A stretch of DNA of 64,000 nt from Botryllus schlosseri. Lineage: Eukaryota. The notes below the pieces were generated by a model, which searched no databases, was not told the DNA's origin, and worked only from the letters and a program-made list of their open reading frames with translations. The position numbers and the translations under genes were made by a program. Within the stretch, counting starts at the first letter, position 1; each line of letters begins with the position of its first letter. The stretch spans positions 5,768,001-5,832,000 of the forward strand of contig CM119372.1 of assembly GCA_051294905.1 (NCBI GenBank), read 5' to 3'. Shown here piece after piece: positions 12,367 through 26,800 of this stretch.

Positions 12367-14825
12367 TGCTATGCCATACGATTCAAGTGCAGTTTCACTC
12401 TTTTGTGCGTTCCAGATGTGAACACAATTCACATCGCGATGACGTAACATGTCGATTTTAGTGGAAAAGTGATATTGTTGCGAGTGAATATTGTTGTTGG
12501 GTTCACCCTTGAAGCTTCGAAGGAAATCCCTGCACGATACCCCCGGAAAAAGCAACGAGCACCTCGAGAACCACGGAAGTGTGGTAGGCCTAAATGTGAT
12601 TTTCTACTGCAGTGATTTTGGTACTTGATTAATCAATAATACGATACGTTGAATGTAAAATAATGAAGCTCTGTGCTTCCAAGAAGCTCTTCGAATACAA
12701 AGTGTTAAGTTTCTCTATTTTCATTTTTTTGTAATAAATGCCGTCTGACTGATGGTGCGAATGAAATTTAATAAAAAATGCGAATGGAGCTCAAAAAGGA
12801 TGAATAGCACTGGCCTATATGACAAGGCGTTCGCTATAATTATTGTTACGAATGGGACCAAGCACAATTTGTATTGGCTACCACCTAATGAATGTTTTAT
12901 TACACAGACAGGAGCGTGAAAAGGAAAGCAAAAGACGCTTTCAAGTACCAATCCTTTCGAAATTTACGATTAAATAGTAGAAATTAGAAACAATCAACAC
13001 GGATTCATGCTCATTGCGTTGCCACAAGAAGGTTCAAGAATGTTTGGTAATATATATAAATCTTACTAAATAGACACATTGTAAGGCTATAGTACAGACA
13101 TTTGTACAATATATATGTGTAACGCACATAAAGGTAGCCAGGGGGAGTTAATGAGCTCGATGATGACAATCCATGTTTCATATTTTCGAACGGAAGATTG
13201 CGATCTGATATCATTGCGTTTTGGGAAAATTATTTGATTTGTCCATTAGGTACTGTATACGTGCACACTGCACAGTTAGGCTACATCCTTATGGAAAAAT
13301 AGTGTCTGAAATTCGCATTGTGACGTCAGAGATTGGTTTCACGTTCGCGTTGTCATGCGAATCTTTTGTTGGTTAGATGTTCACACGAAACGCAAGCATT
13401 CAGGGGTTCGCACCACCTCTACTATTTATCACTTCAATAGGGTACAAAATATCCAATTATAGGCTGAGAATCGGTGGCCTAAAACGACAGTGGGCTGCAG
13501 AGGTGCGATCAGGTTTGTACCTTCGAGTCACATGACATTTCGAGTTACCGGATATTTCTAAATATGAAGTCAACTAACGAGCTAAGTCGCCATGTACTAA
13601 TTCAAATTGACCCGAGTTAAGGCAAGCAATTATGGACCGTGGCAACACAGTTGATAGAATACATCACGTATTTGGCACATTTCCCGCGATGAGATAATAT
13701 AGGCCTGCCAATCCTGGCATCACAGTGGGTGTTAGTAATATTAGCAGCGGAATGACTTCATGGTGTGTCGACGGAAGTTTGTATGCGATACAACGTGTGA
13801 AACAACCTTGTAATTAGGGTTATTACAAGGAGGAACTGGTATGGCTATTTATGCTGACCCCATGCACATCAAAAGATCATTCATATGATCCAGGGACTCG
13901 GGATGTCGCGTCAACAACGATCAATTGCATTGTAAAATGGCGATTACCTAACGCTTTAGTTTTACAGTGTCTATAGGACATGATCTGAACAAGTAATAGT
14001 GCGATGTATAAAGTTATTGCCCGCACAAACGCCGCATTTGTTTACCTCACTGCTCATTATTACATCGGAAGTATTATAGCTCTTCTCACCAATTACGTAG
14101 CAACGAAGATTCTGCGGTAGTTGCGTAATAGTCGATAGGTAGCTTATTCGATGTGCCAGTATGAGTGAGAAACCATAGCTGTATCGCGTTTGTAGTCACC
14201 AACAGTTACTGCTAGCTCGTAGAATGAGAATGTCAAGTACCACTCTACTTTGATTCATTCAAGGCTCTTGTTTGAATCATGCATGTCGAGTTGTCGACTC
14301 TATCACAATATATCAAGTTGATGTTTGATTTCGCGTGTCCAGTAAACTCAACCTTAACGTTACTGTTAGGCAAGTAGTATGTAAACGGAGAAACTGAACA
14401 CTAACCATTTGAAGATCTGACAATCTTATTTCCGACTAAACATGACAATTTGTAAAGAAATATTTAGAGCTCATATATATACCGAGATGTTCTTTGACGT
14501 TATTCGGCCCACGAAAGCTTCAAGAAACGTTATAATAAATATTGATAAAACGCATAGTAAATAACTAATTACTGCAGCTTCTTGATGAAACTTCATCTAA
14601 AATATTTCACAAGAATATAGATAAGTTAGTCTCACTACAGTGCGGGAAAATTATAAGATTTTGCGGCGCTGGCAGTTAAAAGGAAGACAGCTACATATCT
14701 ATAGGATCATACGTAGGCAGTTCAGCAACCTCAACAAGTATAGAGCACGGCTGCTACTACGCTTGCATGGGAATCCTGATTTACTGCCAATACTCTATTG
14801 TTCGATCATAATGTTGTATCGAGAC

Positions 14826-16676
14826 TATACGGCCGTAAACCAAACTTTACGCTGATTGGTCGAGAGACAGTGGCCATGGATACGACGCAGCAACGGAGGA
14901 CGCTGCATTTACCTAAGCCTAGTTGGCACTACGATGTATTCCTATAGCCGTGTAGACTGCATAAAAACGACAAGATTACAGTTAAATGTTTATTACTTCA
15001 TCAATAATAAAATTGGGAAAGGATGTTAAATATTTAGTAATGTATACTAAAATATAATGCCGAAATACTGCTGTGTTTATAAATGCTGTGTCACCAATGG
15101 CAATGAACTGGGGAAGATCAGATTTTTCCATTCATTTCCTTCCAACGCAAAGGTCAGGAAGGCTTGGGAATGCAGAGTAAGAAGGCAGGATTTCAAGCCT
15201 ACTTCCACAAGCTTCATTTGCTCCTCATCGCCGACCTCACTGCAGTTGCAGTGACTTAAAAAGCCCAGAAATCACAGTGAGCCGAGCTACAAGTCAGCAG
15301 CTAAAGACCCGATGAATCGCGAGCCGATGCATGAGAGAGTGGAAAGAATGTCAAAGACAAGAATAAATGCATTGATCAGTTCAAATACTGTCATGTCGTG
15401 GAGCACAAAGCCTTAAACAGGCTAAAAGCACCACTGTTGTGTACAATAATAATAATAATAATAATTTGCTACCACCACTTTTGCAAGGAAGATTTTGCTG
15501 CTAGTACATTATAGATACACCAATACAGTCACGTCTAAAGAGAGGTGCGATTCCCAGTCGCAATCTCCGTGGTGAAGCAGAAGATATGCACATTGCAAAG
15601 AGGCGGACCCTGAACTCACTGCCGTGTCAACTGTCTTCCTGCAATGTTGTGGATGCTGCACATGCGAATCTTACATTGTCATCTGGTGATCCTGATCTAG
15701 AATCGCCATCGTGTAGCCTTGAAATGGAATCTTCAAATCCATCACCTGAATCTTAGGGTAAGAAGCCAACGAAGTCAGTCATATGCAGATTAGCTACCTA
15801 TAAGCCCACAGGACATCAGAACAGAGATGATGTGCAGAATGGTGTAAATACATAGGGCTCTTCGACTCACAAGTAGCAATTTTGGTAGGGTTTTGGACTG
15901 CTTTGAGGGGAACAAGACAGCAAGTAATCCATATGCAACATCTCTTTTCAAATCACTTCAAGGACAGTACAGTATGAACAGGTATTCAATATTGTGGGGG
16001 TTATTATTGCACGAAGAAAGTGCCATTCAATACTACTAAGCATCACTCATGTGAATGTAGCAAAGATAGGTCTTGTTCTTTTTCCATATGGATATCTGGG
16101 TGCTTCACATGATAGAGAGGTTCTAGCTGAGCAGACCTCATCTGCCTTGGTGTGCTTGAGGTATCGTAACAGCACATGCGATGAGTTCATGAAATTTGAA
16201 ATGGGCAGAAATCACAGAAAAAGAGTTTTTATTTGACTGCTGCTAGATAATTACAAGTAAATCACTCTTATTGGCATCAAATTCAGGCCCAAATGTGAGC
16301 CACAAATAATCCTGCCTTCTTATACTCTGCCTTCCCAAGCCTTCCTGTCCTTTGCGTTGGAAGAAAATGAATGGAAAGATCTGTTCTTCCCCAGTTCATT
16401 GCCATTGGTGGCACTGCATTCATAAACACAGTAGTATTTCGGCATTATATTTCAGTATATGTTATTAAATATCTTATTTCCTTTCCGAATTTTAATATTG
16501 ATGAAGTAATAAACATTTAACTGTAATCTTGTCGTTTTTATGCAGTCTACACGGCTATAGGAATACATCGTAGTGCCAACTAGGCTTAGGTAAATACAGC
16601 GTCCTCCGTTGCTGCGTCGTATCCATGGCCACTGTCTCTCGACCAATCAGCGTAAAGTTTGGTTTACGGCCGTATA
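14826..16676. mobile_element. Fold-back non-autonomous DNA transposon with ~400-bp inverted arms, each containing a THAP-domain gene start
   Basis: Termini TATACGGCCGTAAACCAAACTTTACGCTGATTGG and its reverse complement. The left-arm ORF 15057-15254 (MPKYCCVYKC..FHSFPSNAKVRKAW..ICS) is a THAP zinc-finger pattern, and the right arm encodes a decayed inverted copy. No DDE domain seen. Confidence 0.8.
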
Positions 16677-17001
16677 TAGTTAGTTATCAAGTTATGGTAT
16701 TTGTTCTGGCTATAGGCTTTTCGAAATATGCGAGTTACAAGCTTCGGCAGGTGATAAGATCAGAGAAAGAACTTTGGCGGTTAATATTTTAAAGTTCGTG
16801 ACCCATGGCGGTACAGTAGTGAAATTTCAGTATTTACCTTATAATTATCTAATATAGGCGGGTTACCATATTTTTGTCGCTCAAATTCCGGGCATTCTTT
16901 AGCGTCCACTAGCGGATTTTAAAATAAGCTGTGAGCACATTGTCCGTCAATATGACGTCACACTAGCAAAGCTTTGCCTATCAACCAGAGGTGGTCACGA
17001 T

Positions 17002-17494
17002 TAGGGCTGGGCACAATGATTCGAATACTCGAATCTGAATCGAGTATTACTTTTAACGTTTTTTTTCGAGTACTAAAATTATACGCTTGTCGCCACTGAA
17101 AGTTAATTTATCAAAGAGAATTATAGTTTCTATACTATTTTCCACTGTTGAAGCCTTGAAACCTTGATTGACGGCATCATGTCATAACAAACATATAGTA
17201 GAAAGCTACGACGGTTACTGGACTTGGCATATTTCAGAATTCATGATTATCCCACAACATTGTTACCAAGTGGAATGAAATCGGTATGGTCGAAAAATAC
17301 CAAAGTATCATTTATGAGATGGATAACAGGCATTGTATTCTTTGTGGTGGCATAAACATTACACATTTGAACTTTGCTGTATTGCATTTTGTTATGACGT
17401 CATAATGATTGATACTCGATTACTCGACTCGACTCGAAGCATATTACGCGATTCAGAATCGAATCACTCAGGTACTCGATTTTGCCCAGCCCTA
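17002..17494. mobile_element. hAT-type MITE (TAGGGCTGGGCA termini, ACTCGA repeats)
   Basis: Perfect TIR and a perfect 8-bp TSD GTCACGAT; second copy at 55788-56303. Confidence 0.88.
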
Positions 17495-17945
17495 GTCACG
17501 ATCGTCTAGCATTTTCACAGGTCACATTATAACCAGCTGAATGCGGTGTTGTGGTTAACTCTAGTTAAAACTAGAAACAAGTTGGTGATATCGACACCCA
17601 ATTTCCAGAAGGCAAACAGTGTACACTGAGTTCAGAGTTTTCTGGAAAATCGACAAATAGGTAATTATTCGCACGATGCGAAAACGCCAATCACTAGCCT
17701 TTATACGCTACTTGGAGAAGATCTCAGTTACACAAAATTATGATTCAAATATCTGCATTGGTCCGTAACTTCGGACTTGAAAGGTACCCGACCTCCAGAG
17801 GCACCGGAATCCAGTATTTAATAATAATCAACCCAATTCCAAGGTTCGCGGTTACAGTAAAATATATTGTATTCCTCACAACACATATGCAGGACGACTT
17901 ACGCCAGATTACGACTAAAGAAGCATAGACGTATGTCAACTAATA

Positions 17946-18308
17946 TAGGCTTACCATATTTTGGAAATCTAAAAAGAGGACACTTTTTCATAAATTGCCA
18001 ACTTTCAAAACCGGAGTAGAATTCTCAAAAACCGGTTAATTTTTCCCACTTTGTGACTGGTTAACTAAAAAAAAAAAGGTCATCTCTTCCGCTCAGAACT
18101 CAAAATACCGTTTTTCTCCCCACATCGGGGCTTCACGTCTGTGCTAATATATGGCATATCACTCGCAATTTGCTCTAAATCTGCTCTAAATCCTAAAAAA
18201 GAGGACAAAATCTCAAAAAAGAGGACAAAAGGGCGTCCTCCGAGGACACTTTCAAAAAAGTCAAAAAAGAGGACAAATCCTCTTAAAAGAGGACGTATGG
18301 TAAGCTTA
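17946..18308. mobile_element. MITE with AAAAGAGGAC subterminal repeats
   Basis: TIR TAGGCTTACCATA..TATGGTAAGCTTA; flanking ACTAATA duplicated; related inverted copy at about 34770-35038. Confidence 0.75.
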
Positions 18309-19024
18309 ACTAATATCTTTATTCAACCGACGAATCATCGTATTTTGGCAAACTCCATTATTCGCGAATAAATAGTGCTGCTACTTTCTCGAACACAACC
18401 CCGGCGATTCGTGATACATGGTGATAAGCGCAATAAACTATAGAAGTGCTCGATCATGAGGTATTCAAGCGAAAAGCAGGAGCATGCGGTAACATTTTGG
18501 AATCAGTTGACTGGTCCGGCCCGCGAATGATTTGAAGGTTTGAATCCGGCCCGCGGCTTAATTTGAGTTTGACATCCCTGCTCTTCTAATATGAATGTAT
18601 TCCAAATAAACCAACCCATGCTATATAATGTTCATGCGAGGTTGTGTGTCACAAGCTCACAACACTAATAAGTAACATTATGACTATTTTGACCCAAAAA
18701 ACCTAAGATTTTGCACTACAAAATTAAGATTTTGACATTTCTGACGTTAAAAAACCTAATTTTGACAAACTTTTGCCTTCATGTGTGTAAATTGGGCGTC
18801 TCGTTTCATCATATAATGTTAGATATGTACTACTTTTCTTCATTTCTGGTTGGAACGCCTGTCACAGTTCACGAATTGACTGCGCTGGACACAAAACAGC
18901 TTGCCATTTGGCTGGCAGCGAAACTCTCTTGGAAAATCTCGCATGTAAATGGAAACTTTTTGTCAGGTGTATTTGACAATTTCGGCATTTGGAAAAACAA
19001 CACCGAAGCAAGAGCTACAGTTGT

Positions 19025-19795
19025 CAGCGTTGGGCGCAAGTCGCTATACTTTCGAGTCACGAGTCATTGCACATTTGGACTCGAGTCAAGTCAAGCCAAT
19101 CGATTTTCAAAAGTGACTCGAGTCCAGTGACTCGTTTGTTTGGAGGTGACTCGGGTCAAGTCAAGTCAAGTCAAGAGGCAAGTCACGATTCAAGTCAAAT
19201 TGAATTTTCGAACGATGAGTTACGAATTATGATGTAAAGTCAAATTGCTAACTGGATGAAAAACAGATTAATTGGCCATTTATCTTGAATCAAATAACGA
19301 ATATTAAGGTAATTACATAAGCAAAAAGGCGTTGTATCGCTCACGCACAAGTGGAACAGCTAATAAATTAGTGAGTAACTGTATAGATACATGCTATAGT
19401 CTGTTATTATCAGCCAAAATAGAGGATCGGACACGAAGCCTCGAGAAGTTGAAGCAAATTGACATGGGAGTGGGACAATACACTGCCTACATTGTACACA
19501 TCCGTGATAACGTGAGGGTTGGTAAAGGTGAGCACTGCGCAATGTAAGCACTGAACAGGTAAATATATTTTAACTGGTTGCTCTCACAAGTTACAGCGGC
19601 GTATCCCGAACAATCCGAACACACATAAGATAGGGTGGGTATATAATCGACACCGTTTACTTGATGACTTGAAATTGCCTCATAAATTTTGCTCCGAGTC
19701 ACGAGTCAATCCGCATTTCTGAAGCGTCGAGTCAAGTCAAGTCATTTTTACAAAGTGCCTCGAGTCAAAGCATGACTCGAGTTATCCCAACACTG
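19025..19795. mobile_element. hAT-type MITE (GACTT family), opposite orientation to 7509-8486
   Basis: TIR CAGCGTTGGG..CCCAACACTG; flanks ACAGTTGT/ACAGTTGC; AAGTC repeats. Confidence 0.8.
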
Positions 19796-20648
19796 ACAGT
19801 TGCAGAAAAATCAGGGCGGTACGCTGAGCGTAATACCATGTTAACGCCATGTTCCTTTGACCGTCGTTTATGATTTACCATTCGCATAAAGGTGGCCGTT
19901 CACAACGGTAGGCCTATATAGTAGGTTACAATATAGGCCTATCCTATATCCTATGTCCTCCATAAAATTCCATCACAGGAGTTCACTGCTGGACGATACA
20001 TACACTCTATGGTAGTATAGTTTCTATACCCGAGGTATCCCCGTAGCAATTTAGCAAAGAAGCTTACCGTACGCCATGTATTACCCTACTCTATAATACA
20101 GGGTCTATACCCCAGATATATAGATAGATGTTTACCTTGATACCATCTATATACGCTATAACATGGGTCGCCAACTCCAAACGGTCGGTCATTTTTCAAA
20201 ATTTTGTATAGGTCACGGGCCGCATCAATTCAATATCCAGATGAAAGAGGCGACGCAGTTTAACGAGCAAGTTGCGTATATGCCGCTGGACAAGTACGGT
20301 GCAGATAGCCTTGTGAGTAGGGATGGTGCAAACCCGTGAAAGGTTCAGGTTCGTGTGAACGCGAACCTTTTTGAAAGGTTCTGTGTGAACGCGAACGGGA
20401 ACCTATGACTTCACATGACGTATTATTGCTAATTCCAACCCTACATTTCAATGTACAGGATACCTTGCGACGACTCAGGCCAATTATGCCACAATGCTGA
20501 GGTACATGCTGACTTCTTAAGCGTCATCAAATGTATCAACTGGAGCAATCACATGCTATATAATATTCCCATAAAATCAATATCTCCCGTCGCTTTGCCT
20601 ACAATTTCGACGGGTAATAGCAAGGTAATATAAGCTTACGCCCTAACG

Positions 20649-22306
20649 CAGCGGTTCTCAACCGGGGGTCCGCGGACCCCTAGGGGTCCGCGAAGCAATT
20701 TCAGGGGGTCCGCGAGACCTCTAAATTTTTAAAATGGTTGATAACCTAATTTTTATTTCATTTTTTATTTTGAGAAAGCATGAGGCAGTTTCGCACCACA
20801 ACTGCTAAAACTTCATGATTCATATCATCATAATACTCGTCTGACATGAACTAACGTAGTGTGGAAATTCATTTTCATTGCCAATTTTCCATTAACCTGC
20901 TGATACAAACATATTACTGTTTAGAGACGTTTTGTTGGGGTTTGTGGAAAAAATATAAATATGGAGATAGCAACGTCAATCAGGGTGACGTCGTAATGTC
21001 TGCGAAACCTTCTGGGTTTGAAGTTGTCAATCTCATCAAATTAGTGTGCATTGTGCAATCGTTTGAAATAAAAATCGTTTGAAATAAAAATTTGTCCCAA
21101 TGCAGGGATATCATGTGACATACATAACCACTATTTGAAGAGCTTCTTGGAGGTACAGAACTTCAATATACAATTGAATAGTATATTCATATTGAAATGA
21201 ACCCGAATATTTTCGGCTTACACTCGTCATAAATCGGACAATGATATACCTGCTCTTAAAGCTCGGCTATCAGATTTGGCGCATTCTTATTGCGGATGCC
21301 CTATCGACAAGACTGTTTTTTTGATGAACAAGGAGTGTTTTGTTACTATTACAGCATTATGCTCCAACCCTGAAATTCATATCACCAGTTATATTGGTAT
21401 GCAGCCTTGTCTTGTTAATGTTCAATTGCTCATAGTCGAAAATGTTTGCTCGTAAATATGTAATTAAATAGTATATTCATATTGAAATGAACCCGAATAT
21501 TTTCGGCTGACACTCGTCAGGGGTAATCGTCAGCAACTAATAGAGAAATGGACGAGTGTCAGCCGAAAATATTCGGGTTCATTTCAATATGAATATACTA
21601 TTCAATTGTATATTGAAGTTCTGTACCTCTAAGAAGCTCGTAAATATGTATGTAAACCCGACAGAACAAGTCGTTTCATGACAGTCTTTCTCAGCAGGTT
21701 GGAAAACTTGGATCCATTGTTTGGCGCAGAAAATTTGTCTATCCTTTTAGATAAGGATTTCACTTTAATGGTAGAAACTCTCTGCGAGCCGATCAAAACG
21801 CCGTCGCGGGCCAAATCCGGCCCGCGGTCCGTATGTTGCCCGTCCCGGCGCTAGATGCTGGACATGATATGTTCATAAAATAGGTGTTTCTACGTTTTGG
21901 TGCCATAAACGTTGCGATGACACCAATTGTATCGTCGGAAACGTTATGCGTTAATATTGCATTAGCCTCCATCTATCTTTGCGGAAATGGTTTTCGGCAC
22001 TCCTCGTTCATATCAAAACGAAGACGCGGATTTTAAAGACACAACCACACTCTTCAAGAAATACAACAGCAAAATTAGCTTTGAAATATTGAAAGTCTAC
22101 CAATTTCTACATAAATAGTATGATGTTATTTTCAAGAAAAATCATTATTTTGCTGTATATCACAAGCCTGCAGTTCATATTTGCACAAGACAGATATGAA
22201 GATTGCATCATAATAGAGCTAAAATTGGACTAAAACTTGAGGGGGTCCGCGAGGGTCCGTGACGGTCAAAAGGGGTCCGCGAAGCCAAAAAGGTTGAGAA
22301 CCACTA
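20649..22306. mobile_element. hAT-type MITE (GGGGTCCGCG family) containing Penelope-like terminal fragments
   Basis: TIR CAGCGGTTCTCAACC..GGTTGAGAACCACTA; perfect 8-bp TSD CCCTAACG (20641-20648, 22307-22314). Confidence 0.9.
21491..21524 (-). ncRNA. Minimal type-I hammerhead ribozyme motif (Penelope-like element terminus)
   Basis: Minus strand reads ACCC-CUGACGA-G-ugucagc-C-GAAA-AUAU-UC-GGGU. This has the full catalytic core, stem I ACCC/GGGU, a one-pair stem II and a palindromic AAUAUU stem III. Confidence 0.7.
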
Positions 22307-23885
22307 CCCTAACGGGCTAGGCGAGACCGAAGAACGTATTCGCCATCTGATTAGTGCTACATTGTGATTGAGCAGAGTGTAAAACGGCTTTCTATACTTG
22401 CTACCGATATTATCCAATAAACAAGTTAGCCAACACCGCAATCGCACGCATTTGGTTTTCATAATACAATATGTACATGTCAAATCAAGATGGATTCCGT
22501 ACGCCTGGTACAATTTTACATTAGACAGCGATGAATTCTTTATATCAATTTCAAGGTTGAAGAAGCATCATTCGCGGACTGCCTACGTGCAGTGTATCAT
22601 TCTTGATGTTATGTCGTAGCGGATCAAGCTCACAGAAGAGAGTCACGAAACATTCAGAAACGGAAAGCTAAATATTACGAGGAAACCTTTGTTACAAAGA
22701 AAGTACTATTCTTGAGATTGTCTCGCTTACTATTGATTTTGGTATGCCTCCAGTGCCACGCGTAGAGTGTTCCGTAGTTGAAATGCAAAGAATTTCAACC
22801 AAAGATGTTGTAACATCGCGAAAAATTGCACTATGTGAAAAAGGTTAAACAGTGCAGAACCTACCAAGTTGTGAACGTGAACCTCCAAATTTGTGAGGTT
22901 CACAGACAGAACGCCAACGAGAACCTCACGTTCACTCCATCCCTATACTTGCAGGGCTTTCTTAGTCTTACACCAATCCTCCATGCTATTCCGGTAATTC
23001 TGAGCGATAAGCGATGAAGTCATGTATACCAGTGCTACTAATTAGGGATTGAACCCACGACCTTCCGATCAAGAAGCCGGAGAATATGCACAGTGTCCAA
23101 TAAAGTGATCTTATGGATCATGTCGAATCGAGCTTTTCCCGACATTTATGGATTGTCCCTTGAGTTTATGATTACCAGGACCGTAACTGCCGCACCCCGA
23201 CCCCGGGGCGAGCTCGAAGGGGGCCCAAAATTAGTTCGTGAATTAACATAAATCATCGAGTATTTTTTGAAAATTTATACAACGTTATCAATTTTTTTTT
23301 CGCGCGTTGCGCACAATTTAATGTTGTCAAATATCCTAATTATTGGGTAATTATTGTGGGGCTGACGAAGTGCTGTTACGGTCCTGATGCTTACAACCCT
23401 TGTAGCGCCAATGACTACATCGAAACAGCTTTCGCTATTTGTATGTATATTGTCTTCCGTGTATTGTATATTTTGATTTTCTCTCGTCACTTGTTATGAC
23501 TACGGGTACAGCTGACTTTGCCCAATGTTCGTTTTTAATATTGTATTATTACGTCATACTTTGCCAATTTGGTTTTCGTTTGAATCTCTTTCTGTATGCT
23601 TGTTATCGTGTCGTTAACTCGCGATAAGGGGGACACGAAAAGTCCTGGAGGTAATAAATTCTTTACTGCAGTGAATGTAGTTGTGAAATCAATACTCAGA
23701 TTCTAACATTATGTGCGAAAACAACTAATTTACATACACGAGGGTGAAATTTTGTCAAAATTAATTTTTCATCATTAAAAAATGTCAAAATTTGAATTTT
23801 TACGTCAAAATGTTACGTTTTTTAGTTAAAAAATCGCCTACGTATAACTAATTGTAAATTTGAAGAAATGAAGATCTGAGATGAA

Positions 23886-26800
23886 ATGAATCTTACCAGA
23901 TGTATCATAATCGCTACAGTGCTCGTAGCGTGCGGAGAGTGGAACGCAGGTACGTCACTGTCATTCAAACATTTCTCAAATAGAGGTGTTAGCACTGTAT
24001 TGTGATAGAAGCAGGTGGCTTATAAACTTCCATTTAAACTTCAATTGGTAGAAACGTGGTTGGATATTTTTTGTTAGATATATTTTGCACTGGAAAATGA
24101 TTTTCACAAAGTGTTCCGCGAACGACGGTCTGCGAGAAGTTTACGAATCCGTTGGCTATTTCATGAGATTATTTTGAAACTCATTGCGTCAGACTGACGC
24201 TAAATTTTTCATACACCTTCTAAAAACCTATGTTCGATAACGTTGACATAAACTGTAAACCGATTGGGCACAAACAAAACATGACTAAATAACAGACTGC
24301 TCGGACCTATTGTAAAATTTGCTTAACTTTACTTATAACTTGAAAGTCAGGCGAATTTATGAATTTACGAAATGCAGTAATGTCAATACAACTTTCGTCA
24401 TAACTTTTGATGATGGGTATCATCGGACACACTCCTAGCGAAAAGAGTAAGTATTCACACCCAAATGCACAAAAGTATGGTACACGAAAACAGAAACTAA
24501 CGCAGAATTAATCGGGGTCATCGTACCGACCTGTATATCTTCCTACGGTACTACGTGCATGCATAATTGGGATTAACATGCCGTTTTCGATTCACATTGC
24601 AGTATAATACTAAGGTAAGTTCAGGTTTTGTGTCCCATGGGTGTACTGTATGGTTACCATATAGTCCTCCCGGGGCATATACGATAGCCTAAGTTATCGT
24701 AGCCCCCGGTCCGCCTGTATGAGTATTTGTACTCCGTTTCCAGGAATTGAAAAATGTCGTTCAAGAACGCTAAAATGTCCTCTTTTATAGCTTTGACAGC
24801 CGGGCGATTGTACAGGCACAAGTTAAAACGCCATAAATTACCCGAAATCAGAAATCTGGACGTTGTAGCAGCAGTCTAGCTGGAGTCGAGTCAACATAAC
24901 AGTATCACGTTAGAGCGGGTCTTTCGGGAGTAGAGTTGGTAGAATTACTTTATTTTCTTTAGTAAACACAGCTGCATTTCCTGTAAAGATTGTCAAATTA
25001 ACCGGTTTCTCTTCCGATGCCATAGATTGTGTGATTGGTAAAATGCTTCCTCTTGTCCGGACCTCAATATATGGTAACCATTGTTTATTTGTTTGTGGTA
25101 TTCATGGTGTTTGCCGACTACAACTTATTTACTCAATTTTAATTTTTCGATTTTCCATTTCCTGACATCTCCATTATGAGATTTGCTTCATATCTATATA
25201 TAGAATTTGTGCTATGCGGCAATGCAATACGATGAAATACGCCGCAAACTAACGTCAGATGAGATTTGTGTCGAAAATGGGAGCACTTGCAAATTTTCAT
25301 TCGCACGCATTATGAATGTTGTTGGGTGATGACTACAAAAAGGCTTTTACTTCAGTCCAGGCCTAATCATGGCACCTCATATTGCTTTCTAGTCTTTGTT
25401 GCCTTAAAATCTGCTTGACTATTACATAATAAGGTCTCTCCTTTTGCTTGTGACCTCTGGTGACAAATGAGGAAGTAAGTCGGAAATGAGGACAGCAGTT
25501 AGAAAGTACAATGTAGTTTTATAATTGTGAGTTTCTCTGGCCTATCATGTACCAGTTAAGACTAGGCCGAGGATTCCCAAGGGCTCCATAGACCTCTGGT
25601 TGATAAACCCTGACGACAATGGAGATTTGCAGTTTTATGCATAAGACAATAACTTTTACACACATTACCGGCGAGACATCTTTGAACATAACAAACGGGA
25701 TTATAACAGATGGATATCGCATTGGGAGTTCTTAATACAACTTGTTCAGTAACCTGTAACGATGGGTACTATATAAGCGGGGAGGTTACAAGTGTCGGGA
25801 TTCCTGGATCAAATGATACAAACAATGATTGTCGGTATAGCCTGAATATATTGGAATCGCGCAAATGTACTAGAAAAGCCGTCATTTGTGAGACGCACAC
25901 GATTCCAACTTGGTATTTCTGTATGGAACGCATCACTTTCCTATGCGTTTCGAATTGGTACGGGTAGCAACGACACTACTCTACTATATTATAATCGATA
26001 AATCCAAGTCACACTGAGTCGCGCAAAGCGTGAAGAATTTTTTTAAGTAGGATTAAAATCTCTCAGAGATTTCAGAACCAATTCAGATTGCATATTAACG
26101 ACCGCCAACACACGCTACTATAAATATGTGTAGGCGGCCGTATAATAGGCCTTATAATTACTTTTTTGCGGCTGCGTGCGGCCGTATGTCCGCAGGTTGA
26201 CCACTTCTGGCCGAATCGAAATAGAAACAAACAAGGCTGCAACGTATGGGAAATACTAAAAAATAATCAGGGCTTGAGGTTCCCGTACCACTATCTAGGA
26301 CAGTGATTCTCGATGACAGTGAAACTCGATCTCGAGTCCCTCTGGCTACGACCCTGCAATAATTATGTACAGTGCAATAATTAATATTATCTGGTAGGAA
26401 GTACCAATTCAAAATGTTGGAGCTATCGGAGCTACCAAGAATAATTATAGACAAACATCGCAAGCTGAACGCGTGTTAATTACATCCTGTCCTGCTCCAG
26501 AAGGAGCCCAAAAGACCATTACCAACTGTTGAATGATGAGGAGAAACATTTGCTGATGACATCACAAAAGAAATGTAATTTACAAGCTACGTATAGTTGA
26601 TATGAACAAAAACATTGTACTATATCGCACATCCGGTCAACCTGTTCTGAAGCATGAGCTTGTTTATCTATTGTGATGCGAGTCTGGTACACCCCAGTAC
26701 ACCCCATCCGAGTGGTACACCATTTAAACATTATGGTAAACCCTAGGGTGTAGGGTACACCCGGTTGAAGAACCCTGCATTATTTCATCCTAAAGAAAAT

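Larger units (their letters stand above)
20318..22945. mobile_element. hAT-type MITE (TAGGGATGG termini, GTGAAC repeats) split by a nested MITE
   Basis: Colinear with the uninterrupted copy 44539-45453 once 20649-22306 is removed. Confidence 0.8.
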
